A stretch of DNA of 50,782 nt, taken from IMG/VR virus record IMGVR_UViG_3300036761_001804, positions 1 to 50,782 of that record; one strand, 5' to 3'. Source of the stretch: a virus (Duplodnaviria > Caudoviricetes). The notes beneath the pieces are model-generated. The model had not been told where the DNA came from. It saw nothing but the letters and a program-made list of their open reading frames with translations, and searched no databases. Position numbers and translations under genes: made by a program. Numbering within the stretch: position 1 is the stretch's first letter; the number at the start of each line of letters is the position of its first letter. Positions 1 through 8,980 of this stretch are shown here, piece after piece.

Positions 1-25
1 GGGGGGGGCGCCGCGCCCCGCCCCC

Positions 26-151
26 CCGCCCGTTGACCCGTGGAAATCTCGAGTTTTTCCACAGGGTTAACAGCGCCCGCGCAGCGGCGTTGCCGATCCT
101 GCCTACTGATCCCCGAGCCCGGGGCCGGACCCCGGCCTGATCCGGCCGCGT
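26..151 (+). repeat. Left copy of 126-bp direct terminal repeat (identical to 50657-50782)
   Basis: CCGCCCGTTGACCC...GATCCGGCCGCGT is identical at both ends (offset 50631). Nt 1-25 do not match the sequence preceding the right copy. Either an assembly overlap of a circular contig or a true DTR. Confidence 0.95.
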
Positions 152-737
152 GATCCTGTCCCCACAACGTCCACACAGCGCCTGCTCGGTTATCCAGAAA
201 CCGGAGATTCGAGAAGGGCATTCCCCGAGTTCTGTGCGCGAAACCTCCAGCAATTCCACGTATTTGACAGCAGGTATGTCTTACGCAGAGGCTCCAGGCC
301 CGCCCTGGGGGCCATCCATGCCCACGCGCCCGCGCGCCCGCGTTGACACGCGCCCGTGCCCGTGCCCGCCCGTGCCCGCGAAACCATCCGCGCGTGCGTT
401 GATCTTGCGTGTGCCGGGCCTCCTGGCGCTCGCGCGCTAGTCAACCCGCGCGCACACGCGCGTTGACCAACGCGGGCGCATGCGCGACGCGCGCGACGCG
501 CGCACGCGGGCGCGTTCATTTCCTCGCGCGCGGGCAACAACGCAAACGCTGTGCTGTGACACCAGCGCCCCGAGTGTGCCCTCAGCGCCCATTCGTGTGC
601 CATTTTGACACCCCACTTGCGCTATGAAGTCCATGCGATGCCGCATAGAGCCCTGCGATTTCGGGCACTTGCGAGCCTGGCACGCCGATCGCAATGGCAG
701 CCGATCGCGGCGACGAACGCCGCTTGGGAGACAGACT

Positions 738-977
738 ATGAACGCTCAAGAGACAGCCGAGAAGTATCACAAGCACGTTGCTGTGCTGACGCGCTATCAG
801 GCCGGGCGCGTAGACATGGCACAGCCTACCTACGTGTGGCACTTGTGCCTTGCTCGCGGCTACCGCCGCGACCTGACAGCGTTCGCGCTAGCAGGCGACG
901 AGGTAGCAGGCAACCTCGTGCTAGGCGCACCGCACTTCATCACGTACAGCGACGAGCAAGTCAAGAGCATGGCATGA
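738..977 (+). CDS. Hypothetical early protein
   Basis: GGGAGA RBS before ATG 738; ATGA overlap with the next gene. Confidence 0.65.
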   Translation: MNAQETAEKYHKHVAVLTRYQAGRVDMAQPTYVWHLCLARGYRRDLTAFALAGDEVAGNLVLGAPHFITYSDEQVKSMA

Positions 978-1192
978 CCACTGCGAGAACAGGCTTGGAA
1001 CAAGGCAAGTGCTGGCAATGCGCCGAGGACAATCACGACATGTGCTGTGCGCAAGTCGGCTGGGAATGCGCCTGCAAGTGTGACGAGGAAGACTGCGGCT
1101 TGATGCCGCTAGAGGCTGACCCCGAATCGCGATCGGCGGCAGAATCGAACGCCGAGCGAGAAGGGAAGCAGTTATGGCAGACGAAATCGTAG
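974..1192 (+). CDS. Small Cys-rich hypothetical protein
   Basis: ATGA coupling; CxxC...H..CC...CxCxC pattern. Confidence 0.55.
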   Translation: MTTARTGLEQGKCWQCAEDNHDMCCAQVGWECACKCDEEDCGLMPLEADPESRSAAESNAEREGKQLWQTKS

Positions 1193-2550
1193 GCTTGCAC
1201 CACACTGGAATCGTCACAGACGATCTTGTGTTAGAGCCGACTACGCCGACGACTGGACCACTAGCAGAAGAGCGGCAGACGCCGTGTGCTGCGGGTTGCA
1301 GTGCGATGCACGACGAGGCAAGCGAGGCCGAGCAAGAGTGCTGCGGCGGTTGTGTAGAGTGCTGCGGCTGCGTCTCGTGTAGCAATTCGCGTTGCTCATG
1401 GCGTGGCACTGACGGCTACTGCTCCGGCTGTGGTACCTGCGAAGACCATTGCACGCATTGGGAATGTGAAGGCTGTTCGCGTCGCTACGGCGAAGACGAT
1501 AGCCGTTGTTCTGCCTGCGAGCAATGCACTGACCGTTGCTGTGACTGTATGTACTGCGAAGGCTGCACCGAGAATTATGCGGCTGGCTCTGCGTGGTGCC
1601 GCTCTAGCGAAGATCAGCAAAGCCACTGCGCGAATTGCTGTGAGTGTTCCAGTGGCGGCGAGTGTGGCGAACTCATGGTAGAGCGCGAGCCACACTTCTA
1701 CGAGGCTGCACAGCCTTCACAGCGCAAGACGTACAAGAGTACGCGCCTTGTTGGCCTGGAGATCGAGGTTGCCAAGGTCAGCGAGAACACAGAGTCACTC
1801 GTGCAAGCCTGCCGTACATGGCGCGCTAGCATCGTCGAAGACGGTAGCGTTGACGATGGCTTCGAGATCAACACCAGCCCCGCCGCTGGGGATTACCTGC
1901 CTGCGATGATTGCTCGCATCGGCCGTGGCCTGCGAGAGGCAGACGCACGAGTAGACCAGCGTTGCGGCTTGCACGTCCACGTAGACTGTCGAGACTTCTC
2001 GTTCTACGACATGCGAAAACTCGTGAAACTCTACACCAAGATAGAGCCTGCGTTGTTCGCGATGATGCCCGGCTCGCGCCGCCGCTCTGTCTACTGCCGC
2101 CCTTGCGGTCAGCGTTTCGTCTACGACTTGGATCACTTCAAGATTCCCAAGGACAGCAAGCGCAAACTGCTCCAGAACGTGACGGATAGCACGCCGGATG
2201 TCTCGTGGAAAACGCAACGCTCTAGCAAGGGCGGACGTTATGGCTCTCGCTACAACGCGATGAACCTGCTGTCGTGGCTCTACCGTGGGACGATCGAGTG
2301 CAGACTACACACAGGCACAGTGCAAGCGAGCAAGATGCACTGTTGGGCGTTGCTCTGGCAAGCCATCGTAGACTTTGCGTACAAGAACACAGAGCACGAG
2401 ATCAACACGCTGTACGACAGCGGCGATCTTGGCTCTGCCGAGCCACTGTTGCTCAAGATCGCGCCAAGCGACGAAGTGCGAGCCTATGTGACCAGTCGGA
2501 TCAACGAGTTTCGCAATCACGGCCCACTGTTGCCAGGGGAGAGTGACTGA
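1174..2550 (+). CDS. Putative amidoligase (COOH-NH2 ligase, Amidoligase_2-like) with Cys-rich N-terminal region
   Basis: Motifs GLEIEV, EDGS, FEINT, CGLHVHV, RY.AMN and TIECRLH of the glutamine-synthetase-like amidoligase fold; next to a GATase gene. Confidence 0.85.
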   Translation: MADEIVGLHHTGIVTDDLVLEPTTPTTGPLAEERQTPCAAGCSAMHDEASEAEQECCGGCVECCGCVSCSNSRCSWRGTDGYCSGCGTCEDHCTHWECEGCSRRYGEDDSRCSACEQCTDRCCDCMYCEGCTENYAAGSAWCRSSEDQQSHCANCCECSSGGECGELMVEREPHFYEAAQPSQRKTYKSTRLVGLEIEVAKVSENTESLVQACRTWRASIVEDGSVDDGFEINTSPAAGDYLPAMIARIGRGLREADARVDQRCGLHVHVDCRDFSFYDMRKLVKLYTKIEPALFAMMPGSRRRSVYCRPCGQRFVYDLDHFKIPKDSKRKLLQNVTDSTPDVSWKTQRSSKGGRYGSRYNAMNLLSWLYRGTIECRLHTGTVQASKMHCWALLWQAIVDFAYKNTEHEINTLYDSGDLGSAEPLLLKIAPSDEVRAYVTSRINEFRNHGPLLPGESD

Positions 2551-2551
2551 C

Positions 2552-3484
2552 ATGTGCGGTATCTTCGGTTGGCAACTAGAGAAGCGTATGACCGATGGTC
2601 AGGCGCATGCTCTAGCAACCTCGCTCATGCTGTTTAACGAGAAGCGCGGTGAGCATTCATGGGGCTATGCGGATAGCGCAGGCGTCACGCGCAAGGGCAT
2701 CGGCGCTCTCACACAGCATGTGACCGCGCAAGACCTTGCGGCGTATGCGTGCGTCATGGTCCACACACGCCACAAGACCCACGGCGCGATCACGGTCGAG
2801 AATGCGCACCCCTATACCATCGGGCACATCACCGGCGCGCACAACGGCTGCTTGTGGAACGCCGACGAGTTGAACCAGATCAACGACCGCAAGTTTGCAG
2901 TAGACTCCATGCACATTTTCGCGCACATCAACGAAGGTCTTGCCTTGGCGGACCTCGTAGGGTACGGCGCGATCGAGTACGTGGATGCTCGCATACCAGG
3001 CCCTGTGTTCCTCGGCACGTTTGGGACTGGTGAACTCGCCGTAGCGCGTCTCAAGGGCGTTGGCACAGTCTGGAGCAGCGAGCGTGATGCGCTGAAGACG
3101 GCCATTGCCATCTCGAATAGCAAGATCGAGAAGATGTACAAGATTAAGGCGCAGCATCTCTATGCGCTACGCGGCGGCAGACTCACTGACACGGGCTTTG
3201 CGCTGGACGTGAGCGACTGGTACGACGACCGCAAGACGGTCGATGTACCTGCGGGCCTCGATGACTTCGGCGACGAGTCTATGCGCCGCTACAACGCAGA
3301 ACTCGCAGCCGATGAGCGGCACTACAGCACAGACACACAGAGCCTCGCGGACTACTACCGCGAGCAGGAACAAGCGTTGCATCCCGAGCGTGTGCGCCTT
3401 GTCGAAGACGTGAGCGCACGCAAGGGCGGGAGCAGGACATTCTACCTGGAGGAGGCCCGGCAGACTGCCGGATTCAAACCATGA
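2552..3484 (+). CDS. Class II (Ntn) glutamine amidotransferase
   Basis: Begins MCGIFG (Cys nucleophile); RG..SWG, HTRHKTHG, NAHP, AHNG and VDS motifs. Confidence 0.9.
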   Translation: MCGIFGWQLEKRMTDGQAHALATSLMLFNEKRGEHSWGYADSAGVTRKGIGALTQHVTAQDLAAYACVMVHTRHKTHGAITVENAHPYTIGHITGAHNGCLWNADELNQINDRKFAVDSMHIFAHINEGLALADLVGYGAIEYVDARIPGPVFLGTFGTGELAVARLKGVGTVWSSERDALKTAIAISNSKIEKMYKIKAQHLYALRGGRLTDTGFALDVSDWYDDRKTVDVPAGLDDFGDESMRRYNAELAADERHYSTDTQSLADYYREQEQALHPERVRLVEDVSARKGGSRTFYLEEARQTAGFKP

Positions 3485-3720
3485 AGAACGAAGATCTCGC
3501 ATCTATCCAACGTGCGCTGTACGACTCCATGCAGACGTTCGACGCACAAGGCGATCACCTGAGCGCACAGCAATGCGACACAGCGCTCACTGCGCTAGCG
3601 CGCATCGCAGGCGAGCAAGAGTTGCTCTTGCAGACCATCGGTGACTTGCAGCAGTACAGGCCACTGTGGATCGCATGCAGGGAAGAACTCGACAGGCTGC
3701 GGCTCGGACGTGACCTATGA
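3481..3720 (+). CDS. Hypothetical protein
   Basis: ATGA overlaps on both sides. Confidence 0.6.
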   Translation: MKNEDLASIQRALYDSMQTFDAQGDHLSAQQCDTALTALARIAGEQELLLQTIGDLQQYRPLWIACREELDRLRLGRDL

Positions 3721-3974
3721 GCAGACAAGACGACGACCTGACCGCAGGCGATCTCATGCAGCGTGACTGCGACTGTTGGGTAGAGCACACAGTCGGCGCG
3801 ACGACGTTCGCCTCGTGTCTGTGTTCCTGCCATGCGCCGCTCTTGCAACGCATGGGCGACGTGATGCAACCGTGGGCGATGCGCTACGTGTGCCTCGCTT
3901 GCGTCGAGCAAGAGCACAGCGAATGCCAAGGGATGGCCTGCGAGTGCAGACGGTGCGCCTACGATGATAACTAG
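3717..3974 (+). CDS. Small Cys-rich hypothetical protein
   Basis: ATGA coupling; multiple CxC/CxxC motifs. Confidence 0.55.
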   Translation: MSRQDDDLTAGDLMQRDCDCWVEHTVGATTFASCLCSCHAPLLQRMGDVMQPWAMRYVCLACVEQEHSECQGMACECRRCAYDDN

Positions 3975-4149
3975 ACATCGCCGCTGCGAAGTCTGCGGCG
4001 AGCCTGTTGGCAAGAAGGTGCGCCTTGAGAAGGGTGGCCCTGGCATGTGCCACGGTTGCTACTTCGACGCGAAGCGTGACGCCGCGACGCGGCCTACAAT
4101 CAGCATACCCTTACTGGAGGTTGACATTGCGCAAGATGGCGAAGACTAG
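3964..4149 (+). CDS. Small Zn-finger-like protein
   Basis: CEVC...CHGC. Confidence 0.5.
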   Translation: MITRHRRCEVCGEPVGKKVRLEKGGPGMCHGCYFDAKRDAATRPTISIPLLEVDIAQDGED

Positions 4150-4519
4150 AGGCGCGATCACTGCCGCAGAGATGCAGGAAGTGTTGCGCAAGAAGGCAGA
4201 ATACTTGACCCTAGAAGAAGTGCAAGCGCTGCTCACGAGGGATGGCGGAACGAAGACGCAGCCAGAAAGTGGTCAGTCGGTGAATGACTGTGCTCTAGAC
4301 GAGCGAATAGCCGACGATGCAGGTTCGAATCCTGCTCCCTCGACTCACCCGTGCAAGCGTTGCACCCGCGACATCGACTCACGCTACCCGTTCCGGGTCT
4401 GCGTGCGCTGCTCGCTCGACATGCTCGAAGAGACGTTGAACGAGCAAGGGTACCACGAGGCCCGCCGCAAGGCAGCCTACGAACGCCTGGCCGCAGCCGG
4501 GCTCCTCAAGGAGAAGTGA
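4136..4519 (+). CDS. Hypothetical protein with C-terminal CxxC-CxxC finger; contains the tRNA-like element
   Basis: ORF MAKTRG...; CKRC...CVRC. Confidence 0.5.
   Translation: MAKTRGAITAAEMQEVLRKKAEYLTLEEVQALLTRDGGTKTQPESGQSVNDCALDERIADDAGSNPAPSTHPCKRCTRDIDSRYPFRVCVRCSLDMLEETLNEQGYHEARRKAAYERLAAAGLLKEK
4236..4343 (+). ncRNA. tRNA-like RNA with non-canonical anticodon/variable region
   Basis: Acceptor stem CGAGGGA/TCCCTCG plus A; U8-G9; D-arm GCG-GAACGAAGA-CGC; T-arm GCAGG-TTCGAAT-CCTGC; no canonical anticodon arm. Confidence 0.65.
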
Positions 4520-4520
4520 C

Positions 4521-4685
4521 ATGGAACTCACCCAAGACGAGTTGTTGCAACGATTGCGTGACATCGCGATCGAGTTGTTCGACAACGTGCGCACGCGCGA
4601 AGCGGGGCGCTTCGTACTCGGCAACGAGATCGCCAAGATCAACGAACTCTGCTTGCGCATCTCGCGCTATGGCGTGACGCGCTAG
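4521..4685 (+). CDS. Hypothetical protein (MELTQDELL...)
   Basis: AAGGAG RBS; 54-aa ORF read manually, not in the ORF track. Confidence 0.55.
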   Translation: MELTQDELLQRLRDIAIELFDNVRTREAGRFVLGNEIAKINELCLRISRYGVTR

Positions 4686-4698
4686 GGAAAGGAGGACC

Positions 4699-4857
4699 AT
4701 GACCACACGACGAAGTTTCACTGGTCGCAAGACCGTTCGACGCGCGCAAGCGCAAGAGCGGACGCATGAGCGCAGCCTGCGCTCGAACGCACAGCAACTT
4801 GCTGTGCTCGATACCCGGCCGGGCGAGAGCAAACGTGAACGCGCGAGACTCGCGTGA
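4699..4857 (+). CDS. Small basic hypothetical protein (MTTRRSF...ERARLA)
   Basis: Strong AAGGAGG RBS; 52-aa ORF read manually. Confidence 0.65.
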   Translation: MTTRRSFTGRKTVRRAQAQERTHERSLRSNAQQLAVLDTRPGESKRERARLA

Positions 4858-5382
4858 TTCACGACCCGTACTCTGCGCCAACGCTCGGGATCTGTCTGTT
4901 CCTCGTGGGCATCTTTGCTCTACACTTCGCGGTCCTCGCGTGGATACTTCTGTGACACGCGCGGGCCGCGTCGCCGCCCGATCGTGCGCGGTTGCACGAC
5001 GAGAAGGGCAGCAATTTCGCGCACTTGCGTTGGCACGCCGGATGCAACTGGTGGCCACATGCGGCTGATTCGCGGCGACCGGGACCGAAGCGAGCACCCT
5101 TGTCAGGTGTGCTTTCGTGAACCTGCTACGCATCAGTATCGTTCTCGCGTATTCGAGGTCGGTACGAGTTGCATCTACAGGTTTCGTATTCACAAGAACG
5201 ATCTAGACGAGATCAAGCACGAGATCAGCCAGGTGCATCTGCTATGCTCAGATGCGTGAACCCTCGCTGTCGCTGGCTCTACGCGCCATGGCAAGGCGCG
5301 TGTCCTAAGTGCTCAGATACTCGCAAGTTCGACACAGCGTTGCGCGACCTAACGCAGCGCCGGAAGAGGAAGAAGGGAGCCA

Positions 5383-5658
5383 GTGAGTATGTACGACCCT
5401 TGCTGTGACCTGGAAGTGTTCAGTACCCGACGCGGGCGCGTGTTCATGCGCTGCAAGTTGATCCTCGGCGTGCTGTGCATCGTCCCGGTCTTCCTGCTCA
5501 CGTACCTTCCGTGGCGTATCGTCCAGGGCATCAAGCATGCCACGTCACCGGGACAAGCCCCGGTTGTCACGGTTCGCTCGGAACTGCGCGCGTTCGGTCG
5601 CTTCTTTCGCGACTGGCCCCACGCGTTCCGTACTGGAACACGGTTGAGGGGTGTGTGA
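5383..5658 (+). CDS. Small membrane protein
   Basis: Hydrophobic stretch LILGVLCIVPVFLLTYLPW; GGGAG RBS. Confidence 0.5.
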   Translation: MSMYDPCCDLEVFSTRRGRVFMRCKLILGVLCIVPVFLLTYLPWRIVQGIKHATSPGQAPVVTVRSELRAFGRFFRDWPHAFRTGTRLRGV

Positions 5659-5895
5659 AGTATCTCGGGACATACCGGCGCAAGCGCCGGCTCTACGCAG
5701 AGCCCTGGTTCAGTGCCTTCACGGCTAGGCGTCGCGCGTGCTATGTGCGCTTCGGCTGCTTCGTCATCAGGCTCGGGGCATTGCCTCAGGCTCCCACTTC
5801 TGGCTCCATCTCCGGGCGTTATCTTGGCTGGGGTCCAGGCAACCTCTCGGAACGGCGGAAGACGCTAGCCGAGTTCATATAGAAAGGGAGGTAGC

Positions 5896-6126
5896 ATGTT
5901 CGTACACGCACAGACATTTCCCCCGGTGCGGAAGCCATTCGAGCCGGTGGAAGTGAAGATCACGTTCGACACAGAAGAGGAGTTCCTGGCCTTCCATGCG
6001 CTCATGAAGACCAACCTCTCCGTGCCAATGGCAGTGTCGCGGTGCTACGACGTGACCGCGGATGCGGTGCGGAACGTCATCGACCGGATCGAGGCCCAGA
6101 TCGGCCCGATCGCGCGAGGCGAGTGA
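5896..6126 (+). CDS. Hypothetical protein
   Basis: GGGAGG RBS; phage-like codon use. Confidence 0.7.
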   Translation: MFVHAQTFPPVRKPFEPVEVKITFDTEEEFLAFHALMKTNLSVPMAVSRCYDVTADAVRNVIDRIEAQIGPIARGE

Positions 6127-6443
6127 TGGCCAAGGTCTATAGCAAAGAGTGGATGGAGAAGGTGATGGCCATGACCACGGAAGAGCGTATCACGCTCGCA
6201 GACAAGGACATCCATGCTCCCGAGGGCATCGTAGCCGTGGCTAGCGCATGCGCGGAGTTGATCTCCCTCGACGACAAGAACGTGACCATGCGCGTGCTCG
6301 GCAGTCTGCTGGGAATGGTCACGGCACTCGGGGCTTCCCCATTCCAGACGTTCACGTATCTCCTGCACGACCCGGTTCTTCGTAAGCATCTCGGTGAATC
6401 GGCTGTGCTGAACACGCCCGTCCCTGGCGAGAAGGGCAACTAA
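6126..6443 (+). CDS. Hypothetical protein
   Basis: TGATG coupling. Confidence 0.65.
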   Translation: MAKVYSKEWMEKVMAMTTEERITLADKDIHAPEGIVAVASACAELISLDDKNVTMRVLGSLLGMVTALGASPFQTFTYLLHDPVLRKHLGESAVLNTPVPGEKGN

Positions 6444-6584
6444 TATGACGGAACTTCAAGCACTGCGGCGGTTCAAGAACGTGGTAGTACGAAAGTACGC
6501 TCTCACAACGCAGTGTCCACCGATCCAGAAGTGCGTCGTGTGTGATGCGTTGCGCCTCGTGAAGGCTGCAACGAAGAAAGGTAA

Positions 6585-7589
6585 GTGAGTATGGACTTCA
6601 AACCGGCTACGCGTTCCCAAAGCAAACTCCACATGTCCATCGAGGCCGTAGCCGGGGCTGGGAAGTCCAAGACTGGCCTCGGGATACTTCGGGGACTTGT
6701 TGGCCCCGAGGGCCGCATCGCGGCGGTAGACACGGAGCATGGCCGTCTCCAACTCGGCTACGCTGGTGTCTATCCCGGGACCGTCCAACCCACGGGGTTC
6801 GATGTCATCGAACTCGTGGACTTCGGCGTGGAGTTTTACATCGAGGCTATCCAGGCCGCCGTGCGTGGACGCTACGACGGCTTGTTCGTGGACTCGGTGA
6901 GCCACGCGTGGGCAGGGAAGGGCGGCATCCTCGAACGCATGGACGCGTTCAAGGGTGGTGGGCAGAACACGTTCAGTGACGGTTGGGGGAAGTACGGCAC
7001 CCCGGCGCAGAACAGGTTCGTGGATGCTCTCTTGAGCAGCAACATGCACGTCATCGTGACGATCCGTAAGAAGGTCGAATACGTCATGAAACCCGATGCC
7101 ACTGGAAAGATCGAGGTCGTCAAGATGGGCCTCAAGCCGATCCAGCGCGAGGGGTTTGATTACGAGTTCGACCTGATCGCTCACATGGACCGCGACCATA
7201 CGATGACCTTCAGCAAGGTCAGCGGCGCGTTCGACGATCTCGACGGCGCGATCATCCCGAGGCCCGAGCCAGTGAAGTTCGGCGAGAGCCTCTTGGCTCG
7301 CATCAAGGCCATGGGCGCGGAATGGAAGCCCCCGGAGTTCGCTCGCACGTTCAAGGTCGGGGCAAAGTTGGTCACGACCAAGGGCGTGACGTTCGAGACG
7401 TACACCGAGGCGTTGAACCTTGGCGTCCAGTACGACAAGGTGACGCAGAAGGGCGCGGCGCGTGAGGCCATGTCCACGCGCTTCAAGGCGGCCAGCGTGA
7501 CTGACCTCACCGAGGCTCAGGCCCTGGCTTTCATCGCAGAGATGGAGAAGGTCATCGCCGAGCCTCCACCGAAGGGAGATCCCAAGTGA
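6585..7589 (+). CDS. Sak4-like (AAA_24) RecA-family single-strand annealing ATPase
   Basis: Walker A AGAGKS, VDTE, Walker B FVDSVSHAW, and KPIQREGFDYEFD. Confidence 0.85.
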   Translation: MSMDFKPATRSQSKLHMSIEAVAGAGKSKTGLGILRGLVGPEGRIAAVDTEHGRLQLGYAGVYPGTVQPTGFDVIELVDFGVEFYIEAIQAAVRGRYDGLFVDSVSHAWAGKGGILERMDAFKGGGQNTFSDGWGKYGTPAQNRFVDALLSSNMHVIVTIRKKVEYVMKPDATGKIEVVKMGLKPIQREGFDYEFDLIAHMDRDHTMTFSKVSGAFDDLDGAIIPRPEPVKFGESLLARIKAMGAEWKPPEFARTFKVGAKLVTTKGVTFETYTEALNLGVQYDKVTQKGAAREAMSTRFKAASVTDLTEAQALAFIAEMEKVIAEPPPKGDPK

Positions 7590-7810
7590 CGAAGATGGAC
7601 AGGTTCGTACTCTGGGCCACCATCACAGGAGTTGCGGCGTGTCTCGCCGCGCTCCTTCACGGTTGTATGAGCAACGAGCAGTTTGATACTTGGCAGCGTG
7701 AGAATAATGAACGATGCGCGGCAATGTGCGCGCAGTACCCATCGTACGCGGTGTTGGAACTCAGGTGCAACTGCCCGCAAGCCACAGCGTCCCCAGTGGG
7801 GCTACTATGA
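7586..7810 (+). CDS. Small membrane/lipoprotein-like Cys-containing protein
   Basis: N-terminal hydrophobic segment ending LLHGC; CxxxC and CxC motifs. Confidence 0.55.
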   Translation: MTKMDRFVLWATITGVAACLAALLHGCMSNEQFDTWQRENNERCAAMCAQYPSYAVLELRCNCPQATASPVGLL

Positions 7811-8001
7811 TCATCATCTGGATTTTCCATCTCCCCGAGGACCAGGTAGACCTGGATCTCGCGATGGCGTCGCGGAATAACCAGAACGCTCTAGACTCCA
7901 TCGCGGAAGTATTCCGGCGACACCGGAAGTACGAAGGCCCCGCGATGACGGAAGAACTGTTCTACGAGATCTTGTCCGACGAGGAAGCCTCATGCAGTTG
8001 A
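7807..8001 (+). CDS. Hypothetical protein
   Basis: ATGA coupling. Confidence 0.55.
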   Translation: MIIIWIFHLPEDQVDLDLAMASRNNQNALDSIAEVFRRHRKYEGPAMTEELFYEILSDEEASCS

Positions 8002-8948
8002 CCAACAATCTGCGGCTCCCTGACGCCCTCGTGGCTCTGTTCGCCGAAGACGACTACACACGCGGGGATGCCGACTACAGTGTAACCGGCCTGCTGTCGC
8101 CCCCGCGTGTGCTCCAGTTGAAGCAGCGCCATGACGAGGAGTTGACTGAAGATGTCGTGGATCGCATCCCTTCGCAGTTGGGTACGCTCCTGCACAAGGC
8201 TGCCCACGAAAGCGCAAAGCGACTGGCGCACGATGGTGTACTCGCCGAAGAACGATTTTACGTTGCTCGTCGAGTGGCTAACGGGGCAGAAGTACGAATC
8301 AGCGGTCAGATGGACCATATCCTCGTGGATGAAACGTCGGAAGAACTGACGGACTACAAGTTCCCGAGTGTGTCGTCCTTGCAGATCAAGTTGACCCGGC
8401 CCGGGGCACTCATGGAATGGACCGAGCAAGTGAACCTCTACGCGCTGATCCTGCGCGAGAACTACATTCCGGTGCGCACAGCCCGGATCATCGCCACGGG
8501 GTTGGGATGGACGGCCGGGATGGCAGCGCGTGGCACGCATCCACCAACCCAGACGGTTGCCATCCCGATCGACCTGTGGCCTGTGGAACAGCAAGAGGCG
8601 TTCCTGATGTCCAGGCTGGAAGCGCACGCGGCAGCCGCCGCGCTCGCAGACGAGGATCTCCCACTTTGCACGCCTGCGGAGCGATGGGTAGCCCCAACCA
8701 AGTACGCAGTCATGAAGCCCGGGCGCAAGAGCGCCGTGCGCGTGACCGAGTTCAAGGCCGAGGCAGAGATGCTGCTATCCGAGAACGAAGGATGGTGGCT
8801 GGATGAGCGCATTGGGGGTAGCCGTCGATGTACCCTATGGTGCGCAGTCGGGAGGGCTGGCCTGTGCAACCAGTGGAATGCAGAGCAGGCCGCTGCGCGC
8901 ATCGCCGGTACTCCTGACTCTAACCTAGAAGAGGAGGCTCTATCGTGA
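7992..8948 (+). CDS. Cas4-like PD-(D/E)XK exonuclease
   Basis: GTLLH, ISGQMD, LTDYK and QVNLY motifs; four C-terminal Cys (LC...RC..WC...LC). Confidence 0.85.
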   Translation: MQLTNNLRLPDALVALFAEDDYTRGDADYSVTGLLSPPRVLQLKQRHDEELTEDVVDRIPSQLGTLLHKAAHESAKRLAHDGVLAEERFYVARRVANGAEVRISGQMDHILVDETSEELTDYKFPSVSSLQIKLTRPGALMEWTEQVNLYALILRENYIPVRTARIIATGLGWTAGMAARGTHPPTQTVAIPIDLWPVEQQEAFLMSRLEAHAAAAALADEDLPLCTPAERWVAPTKYAVMKPGRKSAVRVTEFKAEAEMLLSENEGWWLDERIGGSRRCTLWCAVGRAGLCNQWNAEQAAARIAGTPDSNLEEEALS

Positions 8949-8980
8949 GTGAAACATAGCAAGAAGAGCGTGACGAAGCG

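Noticed and set aside
605-635. Sigma70 promoter at TTGACA 605-610
   Set aside because: No good -10 hexamer at 16-18 bp spacing; same for the TTGACA at 264-269.
4288-4304. CTCTAGA as an amber-suppressor anticodon loop, or genome-wide TAG recoding
   Set aside because: The flanks do not form a 5-bp anticodon stem. Long genes contain no internal TAG, and TAG ends several small genes.
7992-8948. CRISPR-Cas system
   Set aside because: Solo Cas4-like nuclease in a recombination module; no repeat-spacer array or other cas genes.
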